Shown here piece by piece: positions 36,124 through 45,935 of a stretch of DNA of 64,000 nucleotides (position 1 is its first letter; each line of letters begins with the position of its first letter). The DNA is from Candidatus Omnitrophota bacterium (lineage in GTDB: Bacteria; Omnitrophota; Gorgyraeia; Zapsychrales; Zapsychraceae). The notes under the pieces are model-generated. The model saw only the letters and a program-made list of their open reading frames with translations, made no database searches and had not been told where the DNA came from. The stretch lies in assembly GCA_015233405.1 (NCBI GenBank), contig JADFXT010000002.1, positions 4,451 to 68,450 on the forward strand, written 5' to 3'. Position numbers and translations under genes: made by a program.

Positions 36124-38139
36124 TTATTTTGCCTTGTGTTTTAGGTATTCCATCGCCGAAAGGATATTGATCATGACTCGCGCTTTTTCGATGGCAAACC
36201 CTCCCATGAAAAGGAGCGATTCTAAGTCGCCATACACCAGATGCTTGATGATTTTATCATGAGGATCCAGAGGAAAATCCATGTCGGCTAAAATTCGTTC
36301 ATAACGAAGCCCGACGTAAATGGTCCGCCTTAGATCCACTTGGCGAATCCCGTTAAAAAGTTGCACGCCCAGATTGGTCCTGCCGCCGTATTCCTGAACG
36401 TTTAATCCCTTTTTGACATACCCTAATTCCGAAAAAATAAGAGTTTCCGCCGTGCTAAACGGAGCGACGATCAAAAAGTCCGCATAATTGGTTTCGACCT
36501 CTTTGGCGATCTTTTTGTCGATCTGAAGCCGGCTGCGATATTCCAAGCTCCGTTCGAGCGGAGTTGGAATACAGCTCGTGGTCCGCCGGTTAAATGGTAA
36601 AAGGTTATAACAGCTGTCTGCCATGGTGCTAGAAAAGGGGCAATGATTTTCATAGATTAAGCGATAATCGCAATCGTTAGGATAATTAAACCCATACGCA
36701 CAGAAAAATGTGAACAGGATTAGCAGGATAAAACTAAAATGAATCAGCCTTGGCGTTAGAAGAACGAAGACGATCAGAAAGGCCAGAGCAAATAAAATCC
36801 ATGGCGGGAGAATATGAAAAAATAGATACAGATAGCCGGTGACGCCAGCGACGAGGATCTTGACAAAAAGCCGGGCGGTGCGTAAAGATTGGACGGTAAA
36901 GATAAATAGAAACGCCATAAACGGGGCCAATAAAAGTTGATAACGCGGAAGCATGGCGGAAAAGTTGAGATAAACCAGAAACCATAAAGCGCTGATGGTC
37001 AGCATGATCAAGACGATATAATGTTCTGTAAAAAATAATGCAAGCCTCCCTCGTTTTTCCCTCGGCTGCCGCCACCAGATGACTGATTGAATGAGAAAAA
37101 TAATCAAAGCTATTAAAAGGAGTTTTCCCCAAGGGTTTGCGGTCAGAAACGGCAAGCCGCAAAAAGCGGCTATACGGTTACCGGCAAGTTGTTCTCCGGC
37201 GATAACAGCGCGGATTTTAAACTTCACGAGCGAGATGATGAGGACCACGAGCCCGCACAATAAAAATTTCCAGCGCTTCTTTGTATCTGTTTCTTTTAAG
37301 AATAATCCGATACTAAAAATAAAGACCGTTAAACAGGCAATGACTCCGGGATCTTTAACGAAATTGGACAAGAGCGCCGTCACAGATGCGCTCACCAGCC
37401 GTCGTTGCCAGAGAAAATAGACGGCAAGCATGGCAAAAAATAAACATGGCATTTCCAAATTGAGAAGTTCCAGCATGCTTTGAAAAAGTGGCAGAGACAC
37501 AAGCAGGATGGCGCCATAGATGGCGATTTTCTCGTCGAAGGTTTGACGTAATATTTCTCGAAAAGTAACGATAACGATTGTGGCAAAGATGAAATGGAGC
37601 AAATGCATGACCAGAAGAAATATCGGCGTGCTGGGAATGATCTTCATCAGCGTGGCGATAAATAATGTATAGAAACATGTCGGATAGATCGGCGGGCCGC
37701 CTTTTGTAAACAAGTCCAGCTGAATCATGCCGATATAATTCAGGGAATGTTTATAAAGCCAAATGACGTCGATAAAAGGTCCAGTGATCGCCTCGCCATA
37801 CGGAGGGTCGAGCAAAACCTCAAACCGCGTTATGAACAAATAGGCAAAGATGATGAGCCCGAAACGGCGCGGCGTCAGTTTGTTTTGATAAATAAAACAA
37901 ATACTTAATAAGAGGACCCCGGCGAGAACTGATTTGATGGGACCTAAAAAAACAGTTTCAATCCTTCCTAAATAATAATCAAGCGGCATGCCTCCTTGGT
38001 TTCCTGCAAGCTTGTTAAGAAGGTCGTAGGATTGATGCTGGTAAAGATATTCAATGATCGGTTGGCCAAAGAATCTGAAAAAAAGAAAAAGGGCCGCCAC
38101 AGGAATAAAAATAATCCAGGGATTCCTAAAAAATTTCAC
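36124..38139 (-). CDS. Large polytopic membrane protein, possible GT-C-type glycosyltransferase / glycan polymerase
   Basis: 671 aa. At least 12 predicted TM helices plus a ~170-aa soluble C-terminus. Located 21 nt downstream of the sugar cluster. No firm motif. Confidence 0.45.
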   Translation of the reverse strand: MKFFRNPWIIFIPVAALFLFFRFFGQPIIEYLYQHQSYDLLNKLAGNQGGMPLDYYLGRIETVFLGPIKSVLAGVLLLSICFIYQNKLTPRRFGLIIFAYLFITRFEVLLDPPYGEAITGPFIDVIWLYKHSLNYIGMIQLDLFTKGGPPIYPTCFYTLFIATLMKIIPSTPIFLLVMHLLHFIFATIVIVTFREILRQTFDEKIAIYGAILLVSLPLFQSMLELLNLEMPCLFFAMLAVYFLWQRRLVSASVTALLSNFVKDPGVIACLTVFIFSIGLFLKETDTKKRWKFLLCGLVVLIISLVKFKIRAVIAGEQLAGNRIAAFCGLPFLTANPWGKLLLIALIIFLIQSVIWWRQPREKRGRLALFFTEHYIVLIMLTISALWFLVYLNFSAMLPRYQLLLAPFMAFLFIFTVQSLRTARLFVKILVAGVTGYLYLFFHILPPWILFALAFLIVFVLLTPRLIHFSFILLILFTFFCAYGFNYPNDCDYRLIYENHCPFSSTMADSCYNLLPFNRRTTSCIPTPLERSLEYRSRLQIDKKIAKEVETNYADFLIVAPFSTAETLIFSELGYVKKGLNVQEYGGRTNLGVQLFNGIRQVDLRRTIYVGLRYERILADMDFPLDPHDKIIKHLVYGDLESLLFMGGFAIEKARVMINILSAMEYLKHKAK

Positions 38140-38160
38140 CTACCCCTCCTCTTTTGTTCA

Positions 38161-39087
38161 TTATTTCGATTGGCAAGCGTCGATGATCGTCTTGGTGATG
38201 CTGGCGGTATCTAATCCGACTTGATTTCTGGCTGTTTGTTGGCAGTAAGCTTTTTCCAAAAAAATATCCGGCACTCCTAACGAGATGACCTGACAATGAC
38301 GCGGTTTTAATCCGGCCACCACCGAAGCAATGGCGCTTCCTAGTCCGCCGGTCACTTGAGCTTCTTCCAAAGAAATAATGACCGGATAACGTTCAGCGGC
38401 TTTCATAACGCCTTCGTTGTCAAAAGGCTTGAGCCACGGGGAGCTCCAAACTCCGACGGAAAATCCTTTTGCTTCTGTCTGTTTTTGGGCTTCGAGTGCT
38501 GTTATTAACATCCCGCCGGTCGAAATAATAAGCGCGTCTCGTCCATCTTTAACGGGAATCATCTTGCCGACGGTAAAGTCTGGTTTTGTTTGATGAACAA
38601 CCGGCTCGCCGGCTTTGCCTAACCGTAAATAACATGGGCCGGGCAATTCGCTGATCAATTTTGTAATGGCTTTACTCTCGACGGGGTCAGCCGGCGCGGT
38701 AACGGTCATGTTCGGTAAAGTGCGTAAAATAGCTAAATCTTCCAATCCATGGTGCGTGGCGCCTTGGGCGCCATAGGCAAATCCACCGCCGACCGCGACA
38801 ATTTTAACATTGGCTTTATGATAACAAATATCGTTACGGATCTGTTCCAGGCAACGCAGCGTCGGGAAATTTGCGATGGAATAGGTGAAAACGATTTTGC
38901 CAGACATGGCAAGCCCGGCAGCGATACCGGCCATGTTTTGTTCCGCCACACCAACGTTGACGAACCGTTTGGGAAAGCGGCTTATAAAACATTCCAGGAC
39001 GGAAAACCCGAGGTCTCCGCACAAAAGCCAGATGCGTTCGTCTTTCTCGGCTAATTCGCAAAGCGTTTCAATAAACGAAGTCCTCAC
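38161..39087 (-). CDS. Transketolase-family protein, C-terminal (pyrimidine-binding) subunit
   Basis: 308 aa. VGVAEQNMAGIAAGLA and C-terminal transketolase domain; 4-nt overlap with the N-terminal subunit gene. Confidence 0.9.
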   Translation of the reverse strand: MRTSFIETLCELAEKDERIWLLCGDLGFSVLECFISRFPKRFVNVGVAEQNMAGIAAGLAMSGKIVFTYSIANFPTLRCLEQIRNDICYHKANVKIVAVGGGFAYGAQGATHHGLEDLAILRTLPNMTVTAPADPVESKAITKLISELPGPCYLRLGKAGEPVVHQTKPDFTVGKMIPVKDGRDALIISTGGMLITALEAQKQTEAKGFSVGVWSSPWLKPFDNEGVMKAAERYPVIISLEEAQVTGGLGSAIASVVAGLKPRHCQVISLGVPDIFLEKAYCQQTARNQVGLDTASITKTIIDACQSK

Positions 39088-39896
39088 GACTCTTTCTCCA
39101 ATTCATTTAAAGCGTCTTTTAATTGTTCGTCTTTGGGCGATTTATAATGCCATTCGAGTTTGTTTTCCATAAAACTGATCCCCTTACCCTTGACGGTATG
39201 GGCAATGACGACGCTCGGTCGGTTTTGTTCAAAAGGTAGATTGCCTAACGTCGTTTCAATCGTTTCAAAATCGTGACCGTTGATTTCACGGACAGACCAG
39301 CCAAATGATTTCCATTTCTCAGCGAGAGGCTCTAAGTTCAGGACATCTTTGACGGTGCCGAAGCTTTGGATCTTGTTGTAATCCACGATAACGGTTAAAT
39401 TGTCCAGTTGATGATGTCCGGCAAAAAGAATCGCTTCCCAATTTGAGCCTTCATCTAATTCTCCGTCGCTTAATAGCGCGAAAACTCGGTATGGTTTGCC
39501 GTCTCTCTTGGCGGCCAAGGCCATGCCACAGGCGATAGGTAGTCCGTGTCCCAAAGAACCCGTCGAGACTTCTACGCCGGGAACGTGATGGCTGATATGT
39601 CCTGTCAATAACGCGCCGTCCTTGCAATAATCCTTCAGCCATTCTTTGGGGAAAAAACCTTTCTCAGCGAGGACCGCGTAAAGAATCGCGGCGGCGTGGC
39701 CTTTGCTTAAAATAAAACGGTCACGTTCTGGCCAGTCGCTTCGACGAGAGTCAACGCGTAAAATTTTGTTATATAAAACAGCGAGAATGTCGGCGATGCT
39801 TAAGCAGCTGCCGATATGCGAGGCGTTCGCCTGGTGGACCATTTTAAGCGCGTGGCTGCGGATGATCTTCGCTAATTGTTGGGATGTTGGAACCAT
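39084..39896 (-). CDS. Transketolase-family protein, N-terminal (ThDP-binding) subunit
   Basis: 270 aa. SHIGSCLS, SKGHAA and GDGELDEGSNWEA ThDP motifs. Confidence 0.9.
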   Translation of the reverse strand: MVPTSQQLAKIIRSHALKMVHQANASHIGSCLSIADILAVLYNKILRVDSRRSDWPERDRFILSKGHAAAILYAVLAEKGFFPKEWLKDYCKDGALLTGHISHHVPGVEVSTGSLGHGLPIACGMALAAKRDGKPYRVFALLSDGELDEGSNWEAILFAGHHQLDNLTVIVDYNKIQSFGTVKDVLNLEPLAEKWKSFGWSVREINGHDFETIETTLGNLPFEQNRPSVVIAHTVKGKGISFMENKLEWHYKSPKDEQLKDALNELEKES

Positions 39897-40795
39897 TGGA
39901 CGGTCTTTTCTAATCCTTGTTTTAAATTTGTTTGCGGCGTCCAGCCTGTTATTTTCTTGATCTTACGGATATCCGCCTCCAAATGCATCACTTGGTCTGG
40001 TCGATATTCTATAGCGCCAAATTGAGGCTGAATCTTAGGATTAACCAATTTTTGGATTATTTCAATGATTTTTCTTAACGGCACGGCCTTGCCGGATCCG
40101 AGATTGAAAATCCCCGGCGCGTTTGCGTAGGCTACACTTAAAATCCCTGTTGCGACATCGTCGATATAGAGATAATCCCAAAGCTGCTCGCATTTGGTGA
40201 GTTTTGGCGCGCGTCCTTGAGACAGTTCTTTAATGACATAAGGAATAAACCAGTCTGGATTGTCGTCGGGGCCGTAAGGAGAAAAAAGCCGGACCCAAGA
40301 GCCGGTCATTCCCGAAGCTTGGCAAAGCCCCAAAGCGGACCAAGAAGTGGCCACCTTAGACTTGCCGTAAAGCGTCGTCGGGTTTGTCGGAAACAGTTCA
40401 TCAACTTTTTGATTCGGGTTGCCGTATTCCGCCTGGGAACCTATGCCGATCCAATGAGCGCATCCGACGTCATAAGCCAGTTGCACGAGGTCCAGCGTAA
40501 AGGGAAGATTGTTTGTGATTTGAAATAATTCATTTCGGTCTTTCCCTCCCACGCCCTGCCACGCCGCATGAATAAAAATATCAGGCTTTAATGATTTGAT
40601 CTTTTGAAGGTTCTTTTTCTCGAGGAGAGTTTCATAATTAAACAGATAAACGCCTTTAACATTTTTGATGCGTGTTAAGTCGGAAGATTCTCTTTTAAGC
40701 GCAATGACCCGGTTGCCGTCTTTAGCGGCTTGTTTGATCAAGGCCGCGCCGACAAATCCGCTTGCGCCTGTTATGATAATGGTTTTTTTTGTCAT
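39872..40795 (-). CDS. NAD-dependent sugar epimerase/reductase (SDR family)
   Basis: 307 aa. TGASGFVG Rossmann motif and YGKSK catalytic YxxxK. Confidence 0.85.
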   Translation of the reverse strand: MTKKTIIITGASGFVGAALIKQAAKDGNRVIALKRESSDLTRIKNVKGVYLFNYETLLEKKNLQKIKSLKPDIFIHAAWQGVGGKDRNELFQITNNLPFTLDLVQLAYDVGCAHWIGIGSQAEYGNPNQKVDELFPTNPTTLYGKSKVATSWSALGLCQASGMTGSWVRLFSPYGPDDNPDWFIPYVIKELSQGRAPKLTKCEQLWDYLYIDDVATGILSVAYANAPGIFNLGSGKAVPLRKIIEIIQKLVNPKIQPQFGAIEYRPDQVMHLEADIRKIKKITGWTPQTNLKQGLEKTVQWFQHPNN

Positions 40796-40796
40796 A

Positions 40797-42041
40797 TTAA
40801 TTCCATTTCCCCGCCATCACGTCGATCACTGACTTAAACTGGGCAGCAGAATATCCTAATGGCAAGCAATCTTCCAAAATTTCTTTCATATAACCGTAAC
40901 TGAATACAATGACCTCATCGACGGGAGATTTTTTTAGATGGTCGAGCCCGTACACAGGAAGATGAGACTTCGGAGAATAAATCCCTTCCCCTTTTAATTT
41001 TTTATCGATCAGATATTTCATTTTTCCGGCGGAAGATGTTGCCGCCAGCGTCATAATGGCCCGGCCACCTGCGCCATAGCCAGCGACGGATTTCCCTGCA
41101 CGCACAGTTTTTTCAATGAACGCGTCTAAATTTTTTATGCCCTCTTTGATTTTGTCCGCTTGTTCGGTATAGAAACTCAGGCGATTGTATTGTTCCAATT
41201 GAACTTTAGGTGTTTTCCTGGACGAAAACCGCGAGGATTTGGGCGTGGCAATAAAAATCAATGAATTGGCGCGGCGGACAGATTCCGGGATCAGGTCAAA
41301 ATCGATCACCGTTAGTCCGGCTTTTTCCATGACCATCTGGGCTGTCGCCCGCGTTAAATAAATGGTATGTTCATGTTCTAAAAGGCAATATTCCCGACGG
41401 GATAACAATTTTTCGAGGTCGTGGACTTCAATGACCAAAAGCCCTGTTTGAGGGTCGAGAATCGAGCTTACTGCTTCCAGGAATTTAAAAGGCTCTGGAA
41501 GATGGTCAAACGTGTAGGATAAAAGAATAATGTCGGCTTTTTTAAAATCCGCTGGAAGTTTGGAAATGGATGACGAGTCGAATAATCCTTGAATCGACGG
41601 CACACCTTTTTCTTCAGCTTTCTTGACCAATGGCGCGGAAGGTTCATAGCCTAAAACCCGGCAGCCTTTTTCTTTAAAGAAGCGCAATTGTTCGCCGTCC
41701 CCGCTTCCTACCTCCAAAACTTTAAGCCCAGGGGCGTTATCGAAATAAGTTTTTAGGACAGATGCGGCGACATATTCCATGAATTGAGATGCAATTTTTG
41801 ATGCAGCGACGGAATAATGATAGGTATCGTAATAGGCGGATAAATCCGCATTATGTAAGGTCTGAACGGTCTGGCAGTCTTCGCAGAAATAAATATCGAT
41901 GTCCGCCAGAAATTCTTTTCCGAAGGTTTTGTCCGTGACATATTCATCCGTTAAAGGCATCTGAGGCAGCGTAAGGATTTTAACGACGCGAGTGGATTGG
42001 CAAATGCGGCAGGTTTTTTGATAAGCGATCTTAACGCTCAT
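40797..42041 (-). CDS. SAM-dependent NDP-hexose C-methyltransferase-like protein
   Basis: N-terminal Zn-ribbon (CRIC...CEDC), class I SAM motif VLEVGSGDG, C-terminal C-methyltransferase-type domain. Start taken at ATG 42041; the track uses GTG 42077. Confidence 0.8.
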   Translation of the reverse strand: MSVKIAYQKTCRICQSTRVVKILTLPQMPLTDEYVTDKTFGKEFLADIDIYFCEDCQTVQTLHNADLSAYYDTYHYSVAASKIASQFMEYVAASVLKTYFDNAPGLKVLEVGSGDGEQLRFFKEKGCRVLGYEPSAPLVKKAEEKGVPSIQGLFDSSSISKLPADFKKADIILLSYTFDHLPEPFKFLEAVSSILDPQTGLLVIEVHDLEKLLSRREYCLLEHEHTIYLTRATAQMVMEKAGLTVIDFDLIPESVRRANSLIFIATPKSSRFSSRKTPKVQLEQYNRLSFYTEQADKIKEGIKNLDAFIEKTVRAGKSVAGYGAGGRAIMTLAATSSAGKMKYLIDKKLKGEGIYSPKSHLPVYGLDHLKKSPVDEVIVFSYGYMKEILEDCLPLGYSAAQFKSVIDVMAGKWN

Positions 42042-43086
42042 GGGTGTATTCCTGGATTTGGTTGAGGCAAAGCGCACGGGCGTTTTGTTTGTTTTCCTGT
42101 TTGTACCAGTTAACGGTCATTTCGACGGATTCTTTAATATTTAAGCGTGGATGCCAGTTTAATTCCTTCTTCGCTTTTGAAATGTTAAGGCTTAAGAGTT
42201 TTGTTTCGTGGAGATCTTTGGACGTGTGGATGTCCTGCCAACGGCCTTGTCCCCAATATTTGATGACCAGATCTGCTATTTTTCCGACGGGAACAATGGA
42301 TTGCCTTTCGGGCCCAAAGTTAAAGGCCTGCGCAAATTGTTTTTCATTATTAAGTAACTTTTCACCCAGAAGCAAATATCCGTAAAGAGGTTCCAACACA
42401 AATTGCCACGGACGCGTGGATTTGGGATTTCGAATTTTAATTGGCTGATTTTTTTTAAGCGCGCGGATACAATCCGGCAAAAGCCGGTCTTTGGAAAAAT
42501 CCCCTCCGCCGATAATATTTCCTGCCCGGGCAGATGCGACTAAGATGCCTTTCTCGGCAAAGAAAGACTTGCGGTAGGATTCTATAATGAGCTCTGCGAC
42601 CGCTTTGCTGGTGCTGTAAGGGTCATGCCCGCCCAGCTCGTCGGTTTCTTTATATCCTTTATTCGTTTCTTTATTTTTGTAGCATTTGTCCGTCGTGATA
42701 ATAACGCCTTTGTTTAAGAAGGGAAATTCTCTCAAGCACTCAAGGACATTGACGGTTCCTAAGGCATTACTTTCAAAGGTCGTTTTGGGATTCGCATAAG
42801 AGTCTCTGACCAATGGCTGGGCCGCGAGATGAAAAACCATTTGGGGTTTGTATTTGAGGATTACGTTCTTTAAAGATTTAAAGTCTGCGACGTCTCCTCT
42901 TTGATCAACAATATCTTTGGCGAGGTTGGTTTCTTTAAAAAGATAGTTATTGTCCCACTGAGGAAGGGAATATCCGATGACTTTCGCGCCGAGCTGATGA
43001 AGCCAAAGGCTTAACCACGCGCCTTTAAATCCCGTATGCCCTGTGACGAGAATTTTTTTATTTTTATAAATTCCGGAAAAATTCAT
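42031..43086 (-). CDS. rfbG: CDP-glucose 4,6-dehydratase
   Basis: VTGHTGFKGAWL, YSTSK (YxxxK) and overall RfbG layout. Start taken at ATG 43086, 5 nt after the rfbF stop; the track uses GTG 43128. Confidence 0.9.
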   Translation of the reverse strand: MNFSGIYKNKKILVTGHTGFKGAWLSLWLHQLGAKVIGYSLPQWDNNYLFKETNLAKDIVDQRGDVADFKSLKNVILKYKPQMVFHLAAQPLVRDSYANPKTTFESNALGTVNVLECLREFPFLNKGVIITTDKCYKNKETNKGYKETDELGGHDPYSTSKAVAELIIESYRKSFFAEKGILVASARAGNIIGGGDFSKDRLLPDCIRALKKNQPIKIRNPKSTRPWQFVLEPLYGYLLLGEKLLNNEKQFAQAFNFGPERQSIVPVGKIADLVIKYWGQGRWQDIHTSKDLHETKLLSLNISKAKKELNWHPRLNIKESVEMTVNWYKQENKQNARALCLNQIQEYTHER

Positions 43087-43091
43087 CGAGG

Positions 43092-43874
43092 TTACCACAA
43101 TTTCCACGGAGCTTGGTTTTGAGCCCACAATTCATTCAGAAGTTTCATGTCTCTTAAGGTGTCCATCGGCTGCCAGAATCCGTCGTGCAGATACGCCATG
43201 AGCTGGCGTTTAGAAACCAGTTTTTCAATGGGGTCTTGCTCGAACGGCATATGGTCTCCGGCGATATAATCTAAGACCTCCGGCTCTAAGACAAAAAATC
43301 CACCGTTGATCCATCCTTCGCGTAAACGCGATTTTTCAAAAAATTTCGTGACGGTTTGGTTTTCCAAATCAAGACCGCCGAACCGCGCTTCGGGACGAAC
43401 GGCCGTGACTGTGGCTAATTTGCCGTGCTTTTTATGAAAGCGGATAAGTTTTTCAATGTCCACATTGGAAACCCCGTCGCCGTATGTCATCAAGAATGTA
43501 TCATTCCCGATCCATTCTTTAAGCCTTTTGATACGTCCGCCGGTTTGTGTTTTATATCCGGTATCAATTAAATGCACTTTCCAGTCTTCCGGCGGCTGGC
43601 CGTGGACCACAGCCTTTCCGTTTTTGGTGTGAACGGTCAAGTCTCGTCCGAAATAATGGTAGTCGAGAAAATAACGTTTAATAAATTCGCTTTTATACCC
43701 TAAGGCCACCAGGAATTCATTAAATCCAAAGGAGGAATAGATCTTCATGATATGCCAGAGAATGGGTTTCTCTCCGATTTGCACCATCGGCTTGGGCATG
43801 CTGGAGGTTTCTTCCTGAAGGCGCGACCCGACCCCTCCGGCGAGAATAACCACTTTCATGCTTTTTTTCGTCAT
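43092..43874 (-). CDS. rfbF: Glucose-1-phosphate cytidylyltransferase
   Basis: 260 aa. VILAGGVGSRL...PKPMV, YGDGVSNVDI and DTLRD motifs typical of RfbF. Confidence 0.9.
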   Translation of the reverse strand: MTKKSMKVVILAGGVGSRLQEETSSMPKPMVQIGEKPILWHIMKIYSSFGFNEFLVALGYKSEFIKRYFLDYHYFGRDLTVHTKNGKAVVHGQPPEDWKVHLIDTGYKTQTGGRIKRLKEWIGNDTFLMTYGDGVSNVDIEKLIRFHKKHGKLATVTAVRPEARFGGLDLENQTVTKFFEKSRLREGWINGGFFVLEPEVLDYIAGDHMPFEQDPIEKLVSKRQLMAYLHDGFWQPMDTLRDMKLLNELWAQNQAPWKLW

Positions 43875-43899
43875 AATATTTTCTCCGTCTCGGTTTCGC

Positions 43900-44838
43900 T
43901 TAGTCGAAATTAATGCGTTCTTTTTCTACCACCATCGGCCTTTTTAGGCTTCGGATATGCATAAGGCCGATATATTCGCCGAGAATTCCGATAAAAAATA
44001 ATTGAACAGAAAACAGGAAAAAAACGGCGATGATCAGAGGCGCCATTCCCATGGGGAACATGGGCCAGAAAAGTAATTTGGCTATCAAATATCCGACGGC
44101 AATTAAAAAGCTCAAGCTCGCCATAAAAAAACCGGCAATGGTCGCAATTTTTAAAGGCACGCGGGAGTGGCTGGTAATGCCGATCATGGCATAATCGTAA
44201 AGTTTGTAAACGTTTCGATATTTGCTTCTCCCCCGTTTTCGTTCGGCCTGACGATATTCGATCTTAGCACTTTCAAACCCGAGCTCGGCGATAAGCCCCC
44301 GCAAATAGGGATAAGTGTCCGGCATCTCCCGAAAGATGGCAACGACTTTTTTGTCGTACAATCCGAAACCGTTAAAGTGCGTGTCCAGTTCAACGTCGGA
44401 TAATTTGTTGGCGAAACGATAGTAACAGCTTCTTAATTTATATATGAAATGATTTTCCTCGCTGGAGGTCTTGATGCCTTTAACCACGGGAAAGCCTTCT
44501 TCCCATTTGCGGATGAATTCCGGAATCATGGCCGGAGGGTCTTGCATGTCTGCCGCGATAAACACAACTCCGTCGCCGCGGGCTTGGCAAAGTCCGTAAA
44601 AAATCGAGCGGATATCTCCGAAATTTCTTGTGTTAACGATGATCTTGACGTTGTGGTCTTTTTTAGCCAAGTCTTTGAGGATGCTGACGGTTTTATCCTC
44701 GGAGGAATTGTCGATAAAGATGTGTTCGTAGTCATATTTTTCTAGACGATTAAAGATGTCTTTGATCTGGCGATAAATTTCTTCGACATTTTCTTCCTCA
44801 TTGTAACAAGGCGTCACGATGCTGATCAATTTCTTCAT
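43900..44838 (-). CDS. GT2 polyprenyl-phosphate glycosyltransferase (GtrB/ArnC/DPM1-like)
   Basis: 312 aa. N-terminal GT-A fold (VTPCYNEE...IDNSSEDKT...ADMQDPP) plus two C-terminal TM helices. Confidence 0.85.
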   Translation of the reverse strand: MKKLISIVTPCYNEEENVEEIYRQIKDIFNRLEKYDYEHIFIDNSSEDKTVSILKDLAKKDHNVKIIVNTRNFGDIRSIFYGLCQARGDGVVFIAADMQDPPAMIPEFIRKWEEGFPVVKGIKTSSEENHFIYKLRSCYYRFANKLSDVELDTHFNGFGLYDKKVVAIFREMPDTYPYLRGLIAELGFESAKIEYRQAERKRGRSKYRNVYKLYDYAMIGITSHSRVPLKIATIAGFFMASLSFLIAVGYLIAKLLFWPMFPMGMAPLIIAVFFLFSVQLFFIGILGEYIGLMHIRSLKRPMVVEKERINFD

Positions 44839-44859
44839 AAATGTTTTCCTTTGGATAAA

Positions 44860-45867
44860 TTATTCGGATTTCATTTTTCTGGACATAAGGTCTGAAACGG
44901 CTAAAAGAGGTTTCTTATTCTTTGTGATGATATGGTAAACTTCCGTCGTGATTGGCATGGTCACATGATGTTTTTCGCTTAATTTGTAAACCGCGATAAC
45001 CGTGTCCACGCCTTCGGCCACCATATCCATCGAAGAGGTGATGTGCCGAATGGTTTTCCCCTTCCCTAATTGTTCTCCGACCGAACGGTTACGGCTTTGA
45101 GGGCTCACACAGGTTGTGACCAAATCGCCTAAGCCGCTTAATCCGACGAATGTTTTTTCTTTTGCGCCAAACGCTTTTCCCAGACGGGCCATTTCCGCCA
45201 AACCGCGCGTTAAGATAGCAGCTTTGGTGTTTGAGCCAAAACCAAGCCCGTCGCAAACGCCGCAAGCGATCGCGATGATATTTTTTATGCTTCCGCCTAA
45301 TTCAACACCAATGACGTCGGTGTTGGTGTAAATTCGAAAACTCGAAGAATTGAAGATCTCTTGGATGATTTTGGCTGTCTTGATCTTCCGCGAGGCGACA
45401 ACCGCTGTCGACGGAATTCCTTTGGCGACTTCTATCGCAATCGTTGGCCCGGATAAGACGGCAAAGGATACGTCCCCTAATTCTTTTTGAACGATCTGGG
45501 ATATCCGTAAAAGTGATTTTGTATCAATCCCCTTCGTTACGCTTAAGAAAATTTTCTTGGAAAGGTCGACGTTTGTTTTTTTGATATTTTTTAGGACCTG
45601 CGTGGCGTATTTTGACGGAACGGCAAAGACGATAATATCCGCATCCGTAAGAGATTCTTTTAAGTCGTCGGTAATGAGGACTTCTTGGGGGATGGCTATC
45701 CCGGACAGGAATTTTGAATTAGTGCGGGTTTTGCGGACCTCTTTGAGATATTCCGGGAAAGGCCCCCAGAGTTTGACGGGATAATTCTTTTTAGCCAGGT
45801 GAACCGCTAACGTGGTTCCCCATCCTCCGTCTCCAATGATGGCAATGTTTTGTATTTTAGTCGGCAT
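44860..45867 (-). CDS. gpsA: NAD(P)H-dependent glycerol-3-phosphate dehydrogenase
   Basis: 335 aa. IGDGGWGTTLA Rossmann motif and GVELGGSIKNIIAIA. Confidence 0.95.
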   Translation of the reverse strand: MPTKIQNIAIIGDGGWGTTLAVHLAKKNYPVKLWGPFPEYLKEVRKTRTNSKFLSGIAIPQEVLITDDLKESLTDADIIVFAVPSKYATQVLKNIKKTNVDLSKKIFLSVTKGIDTKSLLRISQIVQKELGDVSFAVLSGPTIAIEVAKGIPSTAVVASRKIKTAKIIQEIFNSSSFRIYTNTDVIGVELGGSIKNIIAIACGVCDGLGFGSNTKAAILTRGLAEMARLGKAFGAKEKTFVGLSGLGDLVTTCVSPQSRNRSVGEQLGKGKTIRHITSSMDMVAEGVDTVIAVYKLSEKHHVTMPITTEVYHIITKNKKPLLAVSDLMSRKMKSE

Positions 45868-45935
45868 TCGTTTTCCTTAAAAATTGGTTGTATTATATAA
45901 GATTCCCCAAAATCTTTCCAGTTGCATTATGGATT

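Noticed and set aside
38161-39896. Transketolase split into two ORFs as a possible frameshifted pseudogene.
   Set aside because: The two-gene N/C arrangement with a 4-nt overlap is a well-known natural form of this family. Both halves are full length with intact motifs.
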